Assembly (NCBI GenBank): GCA_017523725.1
Contig: JAFWVY010000033.1
Span: 15,385-79,384, forward strand
Direction of reading: 5' to 3'
Source of the DNA: Bacteroidales bacterium
GTDB lineage: Bacteria > Bacteroidota > Bacteroidia > Bacteroidales > UBA4181
DNA: 64,000 nt
Made by a program: the position numbers and the translations under genes. Shown here in pieces: positions 1 through 10,109 of the stretch (position 1 is its first letter; each line of letters starts with the position of its first letter). Under the pieces are notes generated by a model. The model searched no databases. It saw nothing but the letters and a program-made list of their open reading frames with translations, and was not told the DNA's origin.

Positions 1-165
1 CACGCCGAGGTTGGCCCCTAAATGCCCGGGATTCGTCGTGGCGGCATCGATAATATACTGCCGCAATTCGTCACAGAGCTGCGGCAATTGATCCGTCGGC
101 AGTTTCTTTATATCATCCGGTTGATTGACCTGACTGAGTATTTCGTAGTTTTTTTCTGCAGACAT
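1..165 (-). CDS. dxs: 1-deoxy-D-xylulose-5-phosphate synthase, N-terminal fragment (gene runs off the left edge)
   Basis: Reverse translation from ATG (165-163) gives MSAEKNYEILSQVNQPDDIKKLPTDQLPQLCDELRQYIIDAATTNPGHLGANLGV, a typical Dxs N-terminus. It is absent from the ORF track because it is truncated by the window edge. Confidence 0.7.
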   Translation of the reverse strand, partial: MSAEKNYEILSQVNQPDDIKKLPTDQLPQLCDELRQYIIDAATTNPGHLGANLGV

Positions 166-248
166 TTTCCGTTCTTAACGCACCCGCAAAAATAATGCTT
201 TTACGGAATTTTCTGTATATTCGCATTTTAAACCTCTATTTAAACCGC

Positions 249-851
249 ATGTTTTCAGGAATCGTCGAAGAAACCGCCATTGTGAAAGCCCTGCGTCAAG
301 ACCAGGACAATCTGCACATTACACTTACCTGTTCCTTTGTCGGAGAATTGCAGACCGACCAGAGCATCGCCCACAACGGCGTCTGCCTCACCGTGGTGGC
401 CATCGAAGGCGACACCTATACCGTGACCGCCATCCGGGAGACGCTCCTGAAATCCAACCTGGGCCGTCTGAAAGTGGGCGACCGTGTCAACGTAGAACGC
501 AGCATGATGCTCAACGACCGGCTGGACGGCCACATCGTCCAGGGACATGTGGACCAGACCGCAGTCTGCACCAACGTAGAACAAGCCGACGGCAGTTGGT
601 ACTATACGTTTTCCTACACGCCGCAGAATGGCAACATGACGGTGGAAAAAGGATCTGTATGCGTTAACGGCGTCAGTCTGACGGTGGTCAATTCGCAGGA
701 CGCGTCATTCCAGGTGGCCATCATTCCCTACACGCACGAAGTCACTAATTTCAAGGACATTGTGAAAGGAACAGTTGTCAACCTTGAATTCGATGTCATC
801 GGCAAATATGTGACCAGGATTCTGCAGGCTATGCAACTTGGCCGCAACTAG
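249..851 (+). CDS. ribE: riboflavin synthase
   Basis: ORF 195..851 trimmed to M19 ([12 protein letters not shown]...). It has two lumazine-binding repeats (HNGVCLTV / [12 protein letters not shown]) and a typical ~200 aa length. Confidence 0.9.
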   Translation: MFSGIVEETAIVKALRQDQDNLHITLTCSFVGELQTDQSIAHNGVCLTVVAIEGDTYTVTAIRETLLKSNLGRLKVGDRVNVERSMMLNDRLDGHIVQGHVDQTAVCTNVEQADGSWYYTFSYTPQNGNMTVEKGSVCVNGVSLTVVNSQDASFQVAIIPYTHEVTNFKDIVKGTVVNLEFDVIGKYVTRILQAMQLGRN

Positions 852-1870
852 AACAACTCTGTTTCGCGGGGTTTCATCTCAATCCCCAGATTCTTGTACG
901 CCAACATGGTGGCCTCCCGCCCCCGAGGTGTGCGGCGGATATATCCCTCTTGGATAAGGAACGGTTCATACACCTCCTCGATGGTTCCGGCATCTTCACC
1001 GACCGCTGTGGCGATGGTGGTGATACCGACCGGACCTCCGTCGAACTTGTCAATGATGGTCCGCAAAATCTTGTTATCCATCATGTCCAGTCCGTGCTTG
1101 TCGATATTCAGCGCATCCAATGCATAACGCGTGATGGCCAGGTCTATGACACCGCTTCCCTTCACCTGCGCAAAATCCCTTACCCTGCGTAGCAGGGCAT
1201 TCGCGATTCGCGGGGTCCCACGGCTGCGCATGGCAATTTCGGTGGCTGCTTCCGGTCTGATTTCCACCTTGAGAATACGCCCGGCACGATTGACAATATC
1301 TGTCAGAATGTTCGCATCGTAATATTCCAACAGGCAATTAATGCCGAAGCGTGCCCGGAGCGGGCTCGTCAGCAAACCGCTCCGCGTAGTGGCACCGACA
1401 AGTGTAAAATGGTTCAACGACAATTGAATAGCTCTTGCACTCGGACCTTTGTCAATCATAATGTCGATGGTGAAATCCTCCATGGCGGAATAGAGATATT
1501 CCTCGACAACCGGCGAAAGCCTGTGAATTTCGTCAATAAACAATACATCGTTGTTTTCGAGGTTGGTCAGAATGCCGGCCAGATCGCCCGGCTTGTCCAG
1601 AACCGGTCCCGATGTGATTTTAAGTCCGACCCCTAATTCATTGGCAATAATGTGCGCCAAGGTAGTCTTTCCAAGACCGGGAGGCCCGTGCAGCAAAACA
1701 TGGTCGAGCGATTCGCCGCGCATTCGCGCCGCCTTGACAAAAACCTTCAGATTCTCAACAATTTTCTTTTGACCGTTGAATTCCGAAAATCCGTCCGGCC
1801 GCAACGATTTCATGAATTCTTTTTCATCGGCCGAAGCTTTGTTGTTTCTGAAATCGAAATTATCTGACAT
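848..1870 (-). CDS. ruvB: Holliday junction branch migration DNA helicase RuvB
   Basis: 340 aa with Walker [19 protein letters not shown], and [18 protein letters not shown], the RuvB signature. Confidence 0.97.
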   Translation of the reverse strand: MSDNFDFRNNKASADEKEFMKSLRPDGFSEFNGQKKIVENLKVFVKAARMRGESLDHVLLHGPPGLGKTTLAHIIANELGVGLKITSGPVLDKPGDLAGILTNLENNDVLFIDEIHRLSPVVEEYLYSAMEDFTIDIMIDKGPSARAIQLSLNHFTLVGATTRSGLLTSPLRARFGINCLLEYYDANILTDIVNRAGRILKVEIRPEAATEIAMRSRGTPRIANALLRRVRDFAQVKGSGVIDLAITRYALDALNIDKHGLDMMDNKILRTIIDKFDGGPVGITTIATAVGEDAGTIEEVYEPFLIQEGYIRRTPRGREATMLAYKNLGIEMKPRETELF

Positions 1871-2306
1871 AAAAGCAAATCACTTGATGTATTGTCTTGC
1901 AAAGATGGAAAATTTTAAAGGAAAAAAGAAGACGATCCGGCACACTGGTTTTCTATTCACATTTCATATTCATCAAATTTTTTTTAGAAAAAGAAAAGAG
2001 AAGAATATGATAGTCTGTTGGTGATGTTGAAAAAAAAAGAGTTGAAAAGTATATTAAACAACCTATGAGAGTTATTCACATTTTTTTCACAGTAAAAATA
2101 TATTTAAGTAAATGATTTTAAATAAAATATGAAATGATATAAAAACATGTTCAAAATCTTTCTGACAGTGGATTGTGCAAATTCCGACCGCCTGTCGCAT
2201 GTGGAATTTTTGTAAAGATTATCGGATAATTTTTAAAAAGTTTCGATTGGAAAAACGAAAGAAAATTATATCTGTACTTTCTCTCCAATATGCCGCTAAA
2301 AAATTT

Positions 2307-2314
2307 TACATTTG
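2307..2314 (+). promoter_or_regulatory. candidate Bacteroidetes -7 box (TACATTTG) upstream of rpiB
   Basis: Matches TAnnTTTG about 45 nt upstream of the rpiB ATG. No clear -33 TTTG partner was seen. Confidence 0.35.
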
Positions 2315-2359
2315 TTTTCAGAAAAAAATGAACAGCGTCTTAACAATAGTATGTCGAAA

Positions 2360-2800
2360 ATGAAGATAGGTATAGCCAACGATCACGCCGGCTTCGCATT
2401 GAAGCATAGTATTGTTGAATTTCTTGAAAAACAGGGATATGAGATCCTCGATTTCGGTACCAATTCGGCGGTGCCGGTAGATTATCCCGATTATGGACAT
2501 CCGCTGGCGGAAGCAGTGGAAAAGAAAAAAGTGGATCTGGGTATTGCTATCTGCGGTACCGGAAACGGTATCAATATGGTTACCAACAAGCATCAGGGTG
2601 TACGGTCGGCCATTTGCTGGAACCGCAAAATTGCCGTGCTGGTACGGCAGCACAATGATGCGAACATCTGCGCTTTGCCCGGCCGCTTTATATCGGAAAG
2701 AACGGCGGTATCGATTGTCCGTGCTTTTCTTACCACTTCGTTCGAAGGTGGCCGCCATGTGCCTCGCATAGCAAAGATTCCGGTCCGCAAGAGCAAATAG
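2360..2800 (+). CDS. rpiB: ribose-5-phosphate isomerase B
   Basis: MKIGIANDHAGFALK... with GIAICGTGNGI, the RpiB/LacAB family pattern. The start was chosen at M17 of ORF 2312..2800. Confidence 0.9.
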   Translation: MKIGIANDHAGFALKHSIVEFLEKQGYEILDFGTNSAVPVDYPDYGHPLAEAVEKKKVDLGIAICGTGNGINMVTNKHQGVRSAICWNRKIAVLVRQHNDANICALPGRFISERTAVSIVRAFLTTSFEGGRHVPRIAKIPVRKSK

Positions 2801-2805
2801 CATCG

Positions 2806-3936
2806 ATGCCCGGACTGTATGTCCATATTCCTTTTTGCCTGCAGGCCTGTTATTACTGCGATTTTCACTACAAGGCGCGGACAGACCGGAAGCCTGATAT
2901 GTTGAAAGCCATTCAGCGTGAGGCATCATTGCGCTGTGGAGAATGGTCGGCAACGGAAACAGGCGCGACTTGGTATTTTGGCGGAGGAACGCCTACGGTG
3001 CTGAGCGCAGAGGAGTGGGCTGTGTTGAAAGAATCGTTGTCACCACTTTATCCTTGTCATGGCGAGTGGACGGTCGAAGCCAATCCGGAAGACCTGACAC
3101 CGGATTATTTGTCCATGTTAAAGCAACTGGGTGTCAACCGGCTCAGCATAGGCATCCAGTCGTTCGATGACGGGATGCTCCGGTGGATGCACCGGCGGCA
3201 TACGGCGGAACGGGCCGTTGAATCGGTACGGCAGGCGCAGGCAGCTGGTTTTGAAAATCTTAGCATTGACTTGATATATGGAATTCCCGGAATGACGGTT
3301 GCTGACTGGCGTTGTCAGCTGGAACAGGCGGCGGCCCTCCATGTACCGCACTTGTCGGCCTATCACCTGACGCTGGAACCCCGGACGGTTTTCGGTGTCC
3401 GTCTGCGGCAGGGGAAAATGGCGCCGATTCAGGAAGAAGAAAGTGAACGTCAGTATACGTTACTGACTTCTTTTCTTGCCGACAACGGGTATGAACATTA
3501 CGAGATTTCAAACTTTGCGCAGCCGGGTTACCGGGCAGTACACAACAGCGGCTATTGGACGGGTGTACCCTATGTCGGTCTGGGACCGTCGGCACATTCG
3601 TACGACGGAAACTCTCGCCGCTGGAATATTGCGTCGAACGACCGCTATATCCAGGGTGTGCAGACAGGCGATGAAACGTGGTTCCAGACAGAAACTCTGT
3701 CAGACACGGAAAAATATGACGAATATGTCATGACGCGGCTCAGAACGTCCGACGGCATGGATCTGCAGACCATGGCCGGTCTTTCCGGGGAACAACGCAC
3801 GGCAGAATGCCTTCGGGACATGGAAAAATACCTCCGGTCCGGCCAGATACAACCGCTGGGCGGGACGCGGTATCGCATCGCCGAACATGCCTGGCTGACT
3901 GCCGACAGCATCATCGCCGACCTGTTTGCCAGTTAG
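2806..3936 (+). CDS. hemW: radical SAM heme chaperone HemW (HemN-like, oxygen-independent coproporphyrinogen oxidase family)
   Basis: LYVHIPFCLQACYYCDFH carries the CxxxCxxC radical SAM motif. Length is 376 aa, and NRLSIGIQSF is typical of HemN/HemW. Confidence 0.85.
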   Translation: MPGLYVHIPFCLQACYYCDFHYKARTDRKPDMLKAIQREASLRCGEWSATETGATWYFGGGTPTVLSAEEWAVLKESLSPLYPCHGEWTVEANPEDLTPDYLSMLKQLGVNRLSIGIQSFDDGMLRWMHRRHTAERAVESVRQAQAAGFENLSIDLIYGIPGMTVADWRCQLEQAAALHVPHLSAYHLTLEPRTVFGVRLRQGKMAPIQEEESERQYTLLTSFLADNGYEHYEISNFAQPGYRAVHNSGYWTGVPYVGLGPSAHSYDGNSRRWNIASNDRYIQGVQTGDETWFQTETLSDTEKYDEYVMTRLRTSDGMDLQTMAGLSGEQRTAECLRDMEKYLRSGQIQPLGGTRYRIAEHAWLTADSIIADLFAS

Positions 3937-3953
3937 AAACAGTTAAATACTTT

Positions 3954-4973
3954 TTAGAAAGCTGTCGAGAATTGCTGCAGGAAACGGACGTCGTTTTCGA
4001 AATATGTCCGGATATCCTTGATTTTGTATTTCATGAGCGCCATACGCTCCACGCCGATACCGAACGCGAATCCGGTGTATTTCTTGGAGTCGATGCCGTT
4101 GGCTTCGAGAACGGCCGGATCGACCATGCCGCAGCCGAGCACTTCCAGCCAGCCGGTATATTTGCAGAGGTTGCAACCTTTGCCGCCGCACGAGCACGAC
4201 ACATCCATTTCGGCCGACGGTTCCGTGAACGGAAAGTAGGAGGGCCGGAGGCGGATGTCCGTCTTTTCGCCGAACATTTCGCGTGCAAAGGCCAGCAGCG
4301 TCTGCTTGAGGTCGGTAAACGACACGTCTTCGGCGATGTACAGCCCTTCGACCTGATGGAAAATGCAGTGGGAACGGGCCGAGATGGCCTCGTTGCGGAA
4401 CACACGGCCCGGCATGATCATCCGGATGGGCGGCTTCATCCGCTCCATGACCCGCACTTGCACCGACGAAGTATGCGTCCGGAGCAGGATGTCGGGACAC
4501 TTCTGGATGAAGAATGTATCCTGCATGTCCCTGGCCGGATGTTCCGGCGGAAAGTTCAATGCGGAGAAAACATGCCAGTCATCTTCGATTTCGGGACCTT
4601 CGGCGACAGAGAAACCCAGTTTCGCGAAGATGTCGCAGATTTCGTTCATGGCAATCGAAATGGGATGCCGCGATCCGAGCGGGAACGACTCGCCGGGCAG
4701 TGTCAGGTCGCTGTCAGACGATGATGCCGCCGCATGTTGTTCAGCCACTTCCTTGTACTTCTCGAAGGTCTCGTTGAGCAAAACCTTGAGTTCGTTCAGT
4801 TTCTGGCCAATTTCCCGTTTCTGGTCCTTCGAAACAGTCTTGAACGCCTCGAACAGGTCGTTCATCTGTCCCTTCTTGCTCAGATATTTCAGGCGGAATG
4901 CCTCCAGATCAGCGGCCGTTTCGATCTTGAAAGCCGCAATATCCTGTTTGATTTGTTGAATCCTGTCTAACAT
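3954..4973 (-). CDS. pheS: phenylalanine--tRNA ligase alpha subunit
   Basis: 339 aa with HPARDMQDTFF, RTHTSSVQVR and FAFGIGVERMAL, class II aaRS PheS motifs. Confidence 0.95.
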   Translation of the reverse strand: MLDRIQQIKQDIAAFKIETAADLEAFRLKYLSKKGQMNDLFEAFKTVSKDQKREIGQKLNELKVLLNETFEKYKEVAEQHAAASSSDSDLTLPGESFPLGSRHPISIAMNEICDIFAKLGFSVAEGPEIEDDWHVFSALNFPPEHPARDMQDTFFIQKCPDILLRTHTSSVQVRVMERMKPPIRMIMPGRVFRNEAISARSHCIFHQVEGLYIAEDVSFTDLKQTLLAFAREMFGEKTDIRLRPSYFPFTEPSAEMDVSCSCGGKGCNLCKYTGWLEVLGCGMVDPAVLEANGIDSKKYTGFAFGIGVERMALMKYKIKDIRTYFENDVRFLQQFSTAF

Positions 4974-5018
4974 TTCGATAGCTTGGAAAGCATGTTTTGA
5001 ACGGCAAAGGTAGTTAAA

Positions 5019-5948
5019 TTAAGCCGATTGCCGCTTCAGTGCCGTATAAATCTTTTTGTAATGGGGTACATCGACGTGCAGCGCCCCGGCCTCGTGGACA
5101 ATGTAACCTACCAGAGCCTCGAGTTCGGTCTTGTGATGCGCCGCGAAATCACGCTGCATGGATGAGGTGGTGTCGGGCGGAAACAGTGCCATACGGTCGC
5201 GGGTGGCCTGCCGTGCATTTCCCTCGAAAACGAGTCCTTTGGCTTCGGCCACAGAGTAAAACTCATCGATGAGTGCCATATAGACGGCATGGTCTCCGGT
5301 ATCCGAAATAATGTCGCCGAAGTTTTTCTGCGTATACGAAGAGATGGCTGCAATCGAAGAAACGAAGGCGAACTTATCCCATACGCGAAGTTGTATATCG
5401 TTGTAACTATGCGCATTGATTCCCGCTTCGGCAAAAATCCCGTCGAGAGGTTCCGCTACATCCGTGCGGCCATCGTCAGGGCCGTACATATACGTGTAAC
5501 CCAGCGTATGTTCATAGATGCGACCGGGACCTTCGGGTTTGGCATAGATGTATACGCAACCCCACCAGACCTGTGTTCCGGGCAGCATCTTCCGCAAGGT
5601 TTCGACAGCATAGACCCCGTTCTGGAACGGAATGACGACGGTGTTGCCGCCGATGAGCGGAGCATAGTCCAGCACCGCCTGTTCCACATCGTACGATTTG
5701 GTTGCCAGCAGCAGATAGTCTACTTCGCCGATGTCCTGCGCCCGGTCGGTGGCCAGTTTCGGAAAACAGGCAAACCCTGCGTCTTCGGTCCGTACAATCA
5801 GTCCGCGGGTGCGCACCTGCCGCAGCGTTTCGCCGCGGGCGATGAAATAGACGTCCACATCGGGGCGTTTCTCATAATACCGGGCCAGCAGGCCGCCCAG
5901 GAACCCCCCGACGGCACCGATGCCCACCACTGCTATCTTGACAGCCAT
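5019..5948 (-). CDS. panE: 2-dehydropantoate 2-reductase (ketopantoate reductase family)
   Basis: N-terminal Rossmann motif KIAVVGIGAVGG, ~310 aa, SSMQRD motif of the ApbA/PanE family. Confidence 0.75.
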   Translation of the reverse strand: MAVKIAVVGIGAVGGFLGGLLARYYEKRPDVDVYFIARGETLRQVRTRGLIVRTEDAGFACFPKLATDRAQDIGEVDYLLLATKSYDVEQAVLDYAPLIGGNTVVIPFQNGVYAVETLRKMLPGTQVWWGCVYIYAKPEGPGRIYEHTLGYTYMYGPDDGRTDVAEPLDGIFAEAGINAHSYNDIQLRVWDKFAFVSSIAAISSYTQKNFGDIISDTGDHAVYMALIDEFYSVAEAKGLVFEGNARQATRDRMALFPPDTTSSMQRDFAAHHKTELEALVGYIVHEAGALHVDVPHYKKIYTALKRQSA

Positions 5949-5993
5949 TCTTTAAGAAATGAACCGCAAAGATAGGTTTTTACACTGAAAACC

Positions 5994-7136
5994 TTATTCC
6001 TCGTCGAAATCCCAGATGCGCGGATGTCCGTCGTAACGGGCTGCCGGAAGGGCGTACGCTTCGAAGGCCTCCACAATCGGCTTGGCCACCCGGGAGCGGT
6101 CGTCGAAGAAACCTCTGCCCCGTTGCATCGGTTCCCACCAGAACACGCCGCGTCCCATATGGTCCGGCGCGTTCATCACCACCTCGTTGACGGCCTGGAA
6201 CCAGGCTTTCTGCCCTTCCGGCGTTTCGGGGAAGGCCGACTTGAGCCCTTTGCGCTCGAACGTACTGCTCGGCGTGGAGTAATATCCCGTCTCGATGACC
6301 ATGATCGGTTTCTGGAACTTCTTGATGGTGTAGTACAGGTTGTCGCGCAGGTCCAGCAGATTGCCGTGCGACCACGGATAGAACGAGAATCCGATCATGT
6401 CGTAGTCTACTTTGTATATCGCCATCTGGGTGCAGTAGATGTCCGTCATCTCCAGGTCGCCGCCGAAATCGACGTGCAGCATGATCTGCACTTTGCCTTC
6501 CGTATCTGCGGCGCGCACGGCCTTCGAACCGGCGTTGATGTATTCACAGAGTTCTTTCCAGTTGCTTTGGTCTTTCTTTTCCTCGCCGTAGAAGACCCGG
6601 CCGTCAGGCCACAGCATGCCGTTGCCGATTTCATTGCCGATCTGGATGATTTCGGGCAGCACTCCGTTTTCCTTGAGGGATGAGACCACGTGATAGACGA
6701 AGTCGTACACACCCTGTACCCGCTCGCTGTGCGAAAGGTCTTTCCAGGAGGAAGGCATGGGCTGCGTCATCGGATTGGCCCAGCCGTCCGACATCATGAA
6801 GTCCAATGCAAAGTGATAACCGTATTCCTTGAGTTTCTGCGCGCCTGACAGCACGTATTCGAGGTTTTGTCCGAGCGATGAAGGTTCATTGCAGATCATC
6901 AGGCGGCCCCAGTTGTAGCCGTGGTCACGGAAAATCTGCCAGATGGGCTTGGCCGTACTGTCGATGTCGTAGTACGTGGCGCCGCGGCGCTCACTGTTCT
7001 GGACGAACGAAAGGTCGAGCCCGAAGGCATAAGTGCTTTCGAACGGCAGCTGTTTCGGGAATTCGATTTGTGGTTGCGGTTGTTTGCAGGCGCAGACGCA
7101 GAGTGCGAGGACTGCCAGATAAAAAAGTTTTCTCAT
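5994..7136 (-). CDS. arabinogalactan endo-beta-1,4-galactanase (GH53), secreted
   Basis: Signal peptide/lipobox (LALCVCAC). GNEIGNGMLWP (acid/base NE) and VIETGY (nucleophile E) are typical of GH53. Confidence 0.85.
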   Translation of the reverse strand: MRKLFYLAVLALCVCACKQPQPQIEFPKQLPFESTYAFGLDLSFVQNSERRGATYYDIDSTAKPIWQIFRDHGYNWGRLMICNEPSSLGQNLEYVLSGAQKLKEYGYHFALDFMMSDGWANPMTQPMPSSWKDLSHSERVQGVYDFVYHVVSSLKENGVLPEIIQIGNEIGNGMLWPDGRVFYGEEKKDQSNWKELCEYINAGSKAVRAADTEGKVQIMLHVDFGGDLEMTDIYCTQMAIYKVDYDMIGFSFYPWSHGNLLDLRDNLYYTIKKFQKPIMVIETGYYSTPSSTFERKGLKSAFPETPEGQKAWFQAVNEVVMNAPDHMGRGVFWWEPMQRGRGFFDDRSRVAKPIVEAFEAYALPAARYDGHPRIWDFDEE

Positions 7137-7148
7137 GGTGTATAAAAA

Positions 7149-9485
7149 TTATTCTGCAATAACAAAAATTCCGTGCAATGCGGGCAGCGACAGGCTGAAC
7201 GACGTGGTGCCGGTGCCTCGGTTCTCTCCGATGGTCGCCTCGGCCGGCCGGCGTTCGCCCGTATGCGGATCCCAGTATTCGAGATTCTTTTTGGCATCCC
7301 GGACGGCGACCGTCGTCTCCAGCGGCTGGTCCGTGGAGTTGGCGAAATAATAGATATCCTTGCCGCCGCGGACTTTATGGGTGTAAGTGATGCCACCTTC
7401 GTAGTCGTGGTCCATCTTGACATAGTAGTCGGCCGGAATCTGCAGGTCCACATCCCGGGTCGGCAGCACCTGCCGCAGTACTTCCTCGAGCGCCGACGTG
7501 TAGGCGTGCGGCAGGAAATAGCCGGTGCCACCCTGGTCGTTGCGCTTCGAGAAGATGTTCATGAACCGGTACGTGGCATGCCGGACGGTGCAGGTGAGCG
7601 GCTTGATGTCGGAGATGCCGAACACTTCGTACACCATGTCCCTGACCTCCTGGTCACGGCCTGCCTCCGCAGAATAGACCGGCAGTTTGGACGTGGCGAT
7701 GACCGTGCCCCCCGCGCGGTAGAATTCCAGCACCTTGCGGGCGGCGTCGGCCGAGAATGTGTCGCCGCCGGGCAGGATGAGAACCTTGTACTGTTCCCAG
7801 TTCACCTTGTTGTTCATCCGGAGTTCCTTGCCCTCGACGGTGCACTGCTCCACCAGCACTTCGGGATGCAGGTACGTGTAGTCCACATGCAGGCCGCGGA
7901 ACAGACTCTCACCCAAGTCCATATAATCGATTTCGGCCGGCACGATGCCGCCCATGTAGGCAAAGTAATGCCCGTTGACATTGGGGCTGGGGAAGGTGTA
8001 GGCCGCCTGAAGGGCCGCGATGGGATACACCACTGCGATATCCGACACATGCCGTCCGCCGCGCAGCATGTATCCGCCGCGGCCGAGGAAATAATCCACG
8101 CTGTCGAACTTGTTCTCGAACTCGATCTGGATGTTGACGCCCATGGCGAACTGGTCCAGCGAGACACGCATGTAGTTCTTCGGATTGAGCGCGTTGTACT
8201 GCGCCCGGCTGTAGGCCGCGAACGTTTCGGTGAACATCTCCGGCTTGTCGTAGTTGTAGGCCGAAGAAGACACGATTTTGTAACCCACGTTGGAACGGCC
8301 GGGATAATAGATGTCGTCGGTGGCCGGGATGCCCTGGTACTTGAAGGCCTTCATCAGGTCGCCGTTCGGTCCTACCGGGTTGCGGGTCTCCTCCTGGTCC
8401 AGGTGGCCGCCGCTCTTGATGCCGTGCGCCTCGCACCATGCGCCGATCTGTCCGATGTAGTTTTCCGAAAAAAGTTCCGCACGGTACTTGTGCAGCGCGT
8501 TGCGGGCCGAAGCCGTTTCCGGGCCGATGTTGTACCAGAGTGCCGGATAGAGCGTCATGGGATTGTAGCCGTAGCGCTCCTCGAACCCCTTGTTGAAGCC
8601 TGCGGTCCACATGCGGCCGTCGTTGAGCATCATGGTCGGCTCGTCGAAGAACGACCGGCGGATGACCGTGCCGAAATATTCCTTCAGATGCTGGTAATAC
8701 GGCTCGAAATTAAGTTCAATGTACTTGGCTACGGCATCCTTGTCCAAGTAGTCCACGAAACCGCCCTTGTTCGACCGGGGCTTGAACGACTTGTCCAGAT
8801 AGAATACCATCACCTTCCAGCTGCCCCTTCCCGTCTTGTATGTCAAGCTGTTATTCTTCATCTGCGCGCTGATGTCTATGCGCTCGAAAGAACCGAGGTT
8901 CATCGCAACGGCCCCGATGTAGATACCGTCTTCCGGCATCTGGAGCGTCACGGTCTCTCCGCCCGAAGCGTCTGTCTCGAGCATCTCGATGGTCTTGGAG
9001 CAGTCATCAGGATACTTGCTGTAGAAAAGACCTTCGACGATGCCGCTCGGATACGTCCACTCATCGTAAAGGGTGGAACATTCGAAGCCCAGCCGGAGGC
9101 CTTCCTCGATGGCTGCGCGGTAGAGTTTGAAATAGCCTTCGCTGAGATAGGCGACACCCTGGTCGCTCGCCCGGCGTCCGGAGAATTTCAGGTAATCCTC
9201 GGAGAGCCCCTCGGTGCTGCCGCCGTCGGCAATCAGGACGAACGTCCCCCATTTGTCGGCTTCGAAGTCGCGCCGGACCGCCGCCTTGATCTGCTCTTCC
9301 GTCGCCCGGCTTAGGTTGAGGCCGATGAACCGTACCCCTCGGAATTCCCGGTTGGGATTCTGGAATTGTTCATATTCGACTTTGGTCATGTCGATGCCTT
9401 TGATGACGTAGGGCTGCGCCGATGCGCCGGCCCAGCAGCAGGCCGCTGTCAGCAGAAGACCGAAGCATTTTTGAATCGTGTGCAT
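7149..9485 (-). CDS. secreted glycoside-hydrolase-like protein, family not assigned (about 778 aa)
   Basis: ORF 7149..9665 trimmed to M61 (MHTIQKCFGLLLTAACCWAGASAQ, a signal peptide) because the longer version overlaps tRNA-Leu. It is a large soluble protein immediately upstream of GH53. The family cannot be named from motifs alone. Confidence 0.5.
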   Translation of the reverse strand: MHTIQKCFGLLLTAACCWAGASAQPYVIKGIDMTKVEYEQFQNPNREFRGVRFIGLNLSRATEEQIKAAVRRDFEADKWGTFVLIADGGSTEGLSEDYLKFSGRRASDQGVAYLSEGYFKLYRAAIEEGLRLGFECSTLYDEWTYPSGIVEGLFYSKYPDDCSKTIEMLETDASGGETVTLQMPEDGIYIGAVAMNLGSFERIDISAQMKNNSLTYKTGRGSWKVMVFYLDKSFKPRSNKGGFVDYLDKDAVAKYIELNFEPYYQHLKEYFGTVIRRSFFDEPTMMLNDGRMWTAGFNKGFEERYGYNPMTLYPALWYNIGPETASARNALHKYRAELFSENYIGQIGAWCEAHGIKSGGHLDQEETRNPVGPNGDLMKAFKYQGIPATDDIYYPGRSNVGYKIVSSSAYNYDKPEMFTETFAAYSRAQYNALNPKNYMRVSLDQFAMGVNIQIEFENKFDSVDYFLGRGGYMLRGGRHVSDIAVVYPIAALQAAYTFPSPNVNGHYFAYMGGIVPAEIDYMDLGESLFRGLHVDYTYLHPEVLVEQCTVEGKELRMNNKVNWEQYKVLILPGGDTFSADAARKVLEFYRAGGTVIATSKLPVYSAEAGRDQEVRDMVYEVFGISDIKPLTCTVRHATYRFMNIFSKRNDQGGTGYFLPHAYTSALEEVLRQVLPTRDVDLQIPADYYVKMDHDYEGGITYTHKVRGGKDIYYFANSTDQPLETTVAVRDAKKNLEYWDPHTGERRPAEATIGENRGTGTTSFSLSLPALHGIFVIAE

Positions 9486-9575
9486 GGTGAAATGAATTTC
9501 GGATGACAATAATAGCAAAATCCGACGGTATAGCCAAATCCGAGCGGTTTTCCCACCGAGAAATCGGGGGAAATG

Positions 9576-9606
9576 TTTGGACGGAAAGAAAATATCCGTA
9601 CTTTTG
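9576..9606 (+). promoter_or_regulatory. canonical Bacteroidetes promoter for tRNA-Leu (TTTG-N19-TACTTTTG)
   Basis: TTTG at 9576-9579 and TAnnTTTG at 9599-9606, separated by 19 nt. The tRNA starts 22 nt downstream. Confidence 0.55.
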
Positions 9607-9628
9607 CACGCCTGAAGTTTCAGGTCAG

Positions 9629-9712
9629 GCCCAGATGGCGGAATCGGTAGACGCGCTGGTCTCAAACACCAGTAGGTTCACCCCTGTGTCGGTTCGACCC
9701 CGACTCTGGGTA
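9629..9712 (+). tRNA. tRNA-Leu (anticodon CAA), type II with long variable arm
   Basis: Hand fold: acceptor GCCCAGA/TCTGGGT, anticodon stem CTGGT/ACCAG with loop CTCAAAC, T arm GTCGG-TTCGACC-CCGAC. CCA is not encoded. Confidence 0.9.
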
Positions 9713-9713
9713 C

Positions 9714-9745
9714 AAAAAAATCCCTCTCAAAAGGAGGGATTTTTT
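9714..9745. terminator. bidirectional intrinsic terminator (A7 - hairpin - T5)
   Basis: ATCCCTC/GAGGGAT 7-bp stem flanked by an A-run and a T-run. It lies between tRNA-Leu (+) and the convergent TSCPD gene (-). Confidence 0.6.
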
Positions 9746-9773
9746 GTTTTCTCTAAAGTTTATTTGCGCTAAG

Positions 9774-10034
9774 CTACTCAGGTGCATTTTTCAGTTGTTC
9801 CAATGCGCGGCAAAGCTGGTCAGGGCAGGAAGTGGCTTTGCTGCCGCACCGGATACCGTCGAGTTTGCCGATGACATCGTCCACTTTCTGGCCGGTCACC
9901 AGGCGGCAGATGCCTTGCAGATTGCCGTGACAGCCGCCGTAAAAGAAGACCTGCTGTATCAGATCGTTCTCATCGACCGTCACATCGATAAACTGTGAGC
10001 AGGTACCCTGGGTTTTGTATTGCAAGTGTTTCAT
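9774..10034 (-). CDS. TSCPD-domain small protein (TIGR03905-like)
   Basis: 86 aa containing YGGCHGN and the literal TSCPD motif near the C-terminus. Confidence 0.8.
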   Translation of the reverse strand: MKHLQYKTQGTCSQFIDVTVDENDLIQQVFFYGGCHGNLQGICRLVTGQKVDDVIGKLDGIRCGSKATSCPDQLCRALEQLKNAPE

Positions 10035-10109
10035 AAGGCTTGTTTATATCTTTTTGCTTCGTTCGCCTGAAATGTTTCTGGCCGGCATGTCGAAACAGTG
10101 TCATCCCTT

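Noticed and set aside
2175-2363. 62-aa ORF in the AT-rich ruvB-rpiB spacer (also 1776..2024)
   Set aside because: It is a low-complexity K/F/I-rich translation of AT-rich DNA that overlaps the rpiB start, with no supporting signals.
7173-9314. 713-aa ORF on the plus strand opposite the secreted GH-like gene
   Set aside because: It is Arg/Gly/Val/His-rich with no signal peptide or recognisable motifs. Long stop-free antisense frames of this kind are expected in GC-rich coding DNA, and the minus-strand frame has a signal peptide and a protein-like composition.
9486-9665. N-terminal 60-codon extension of ORF 7149..9665
   Set aside because: It would overlap tRNA-Leu(CAA) and its promoter. The internal Met gives a proper signal peptide.
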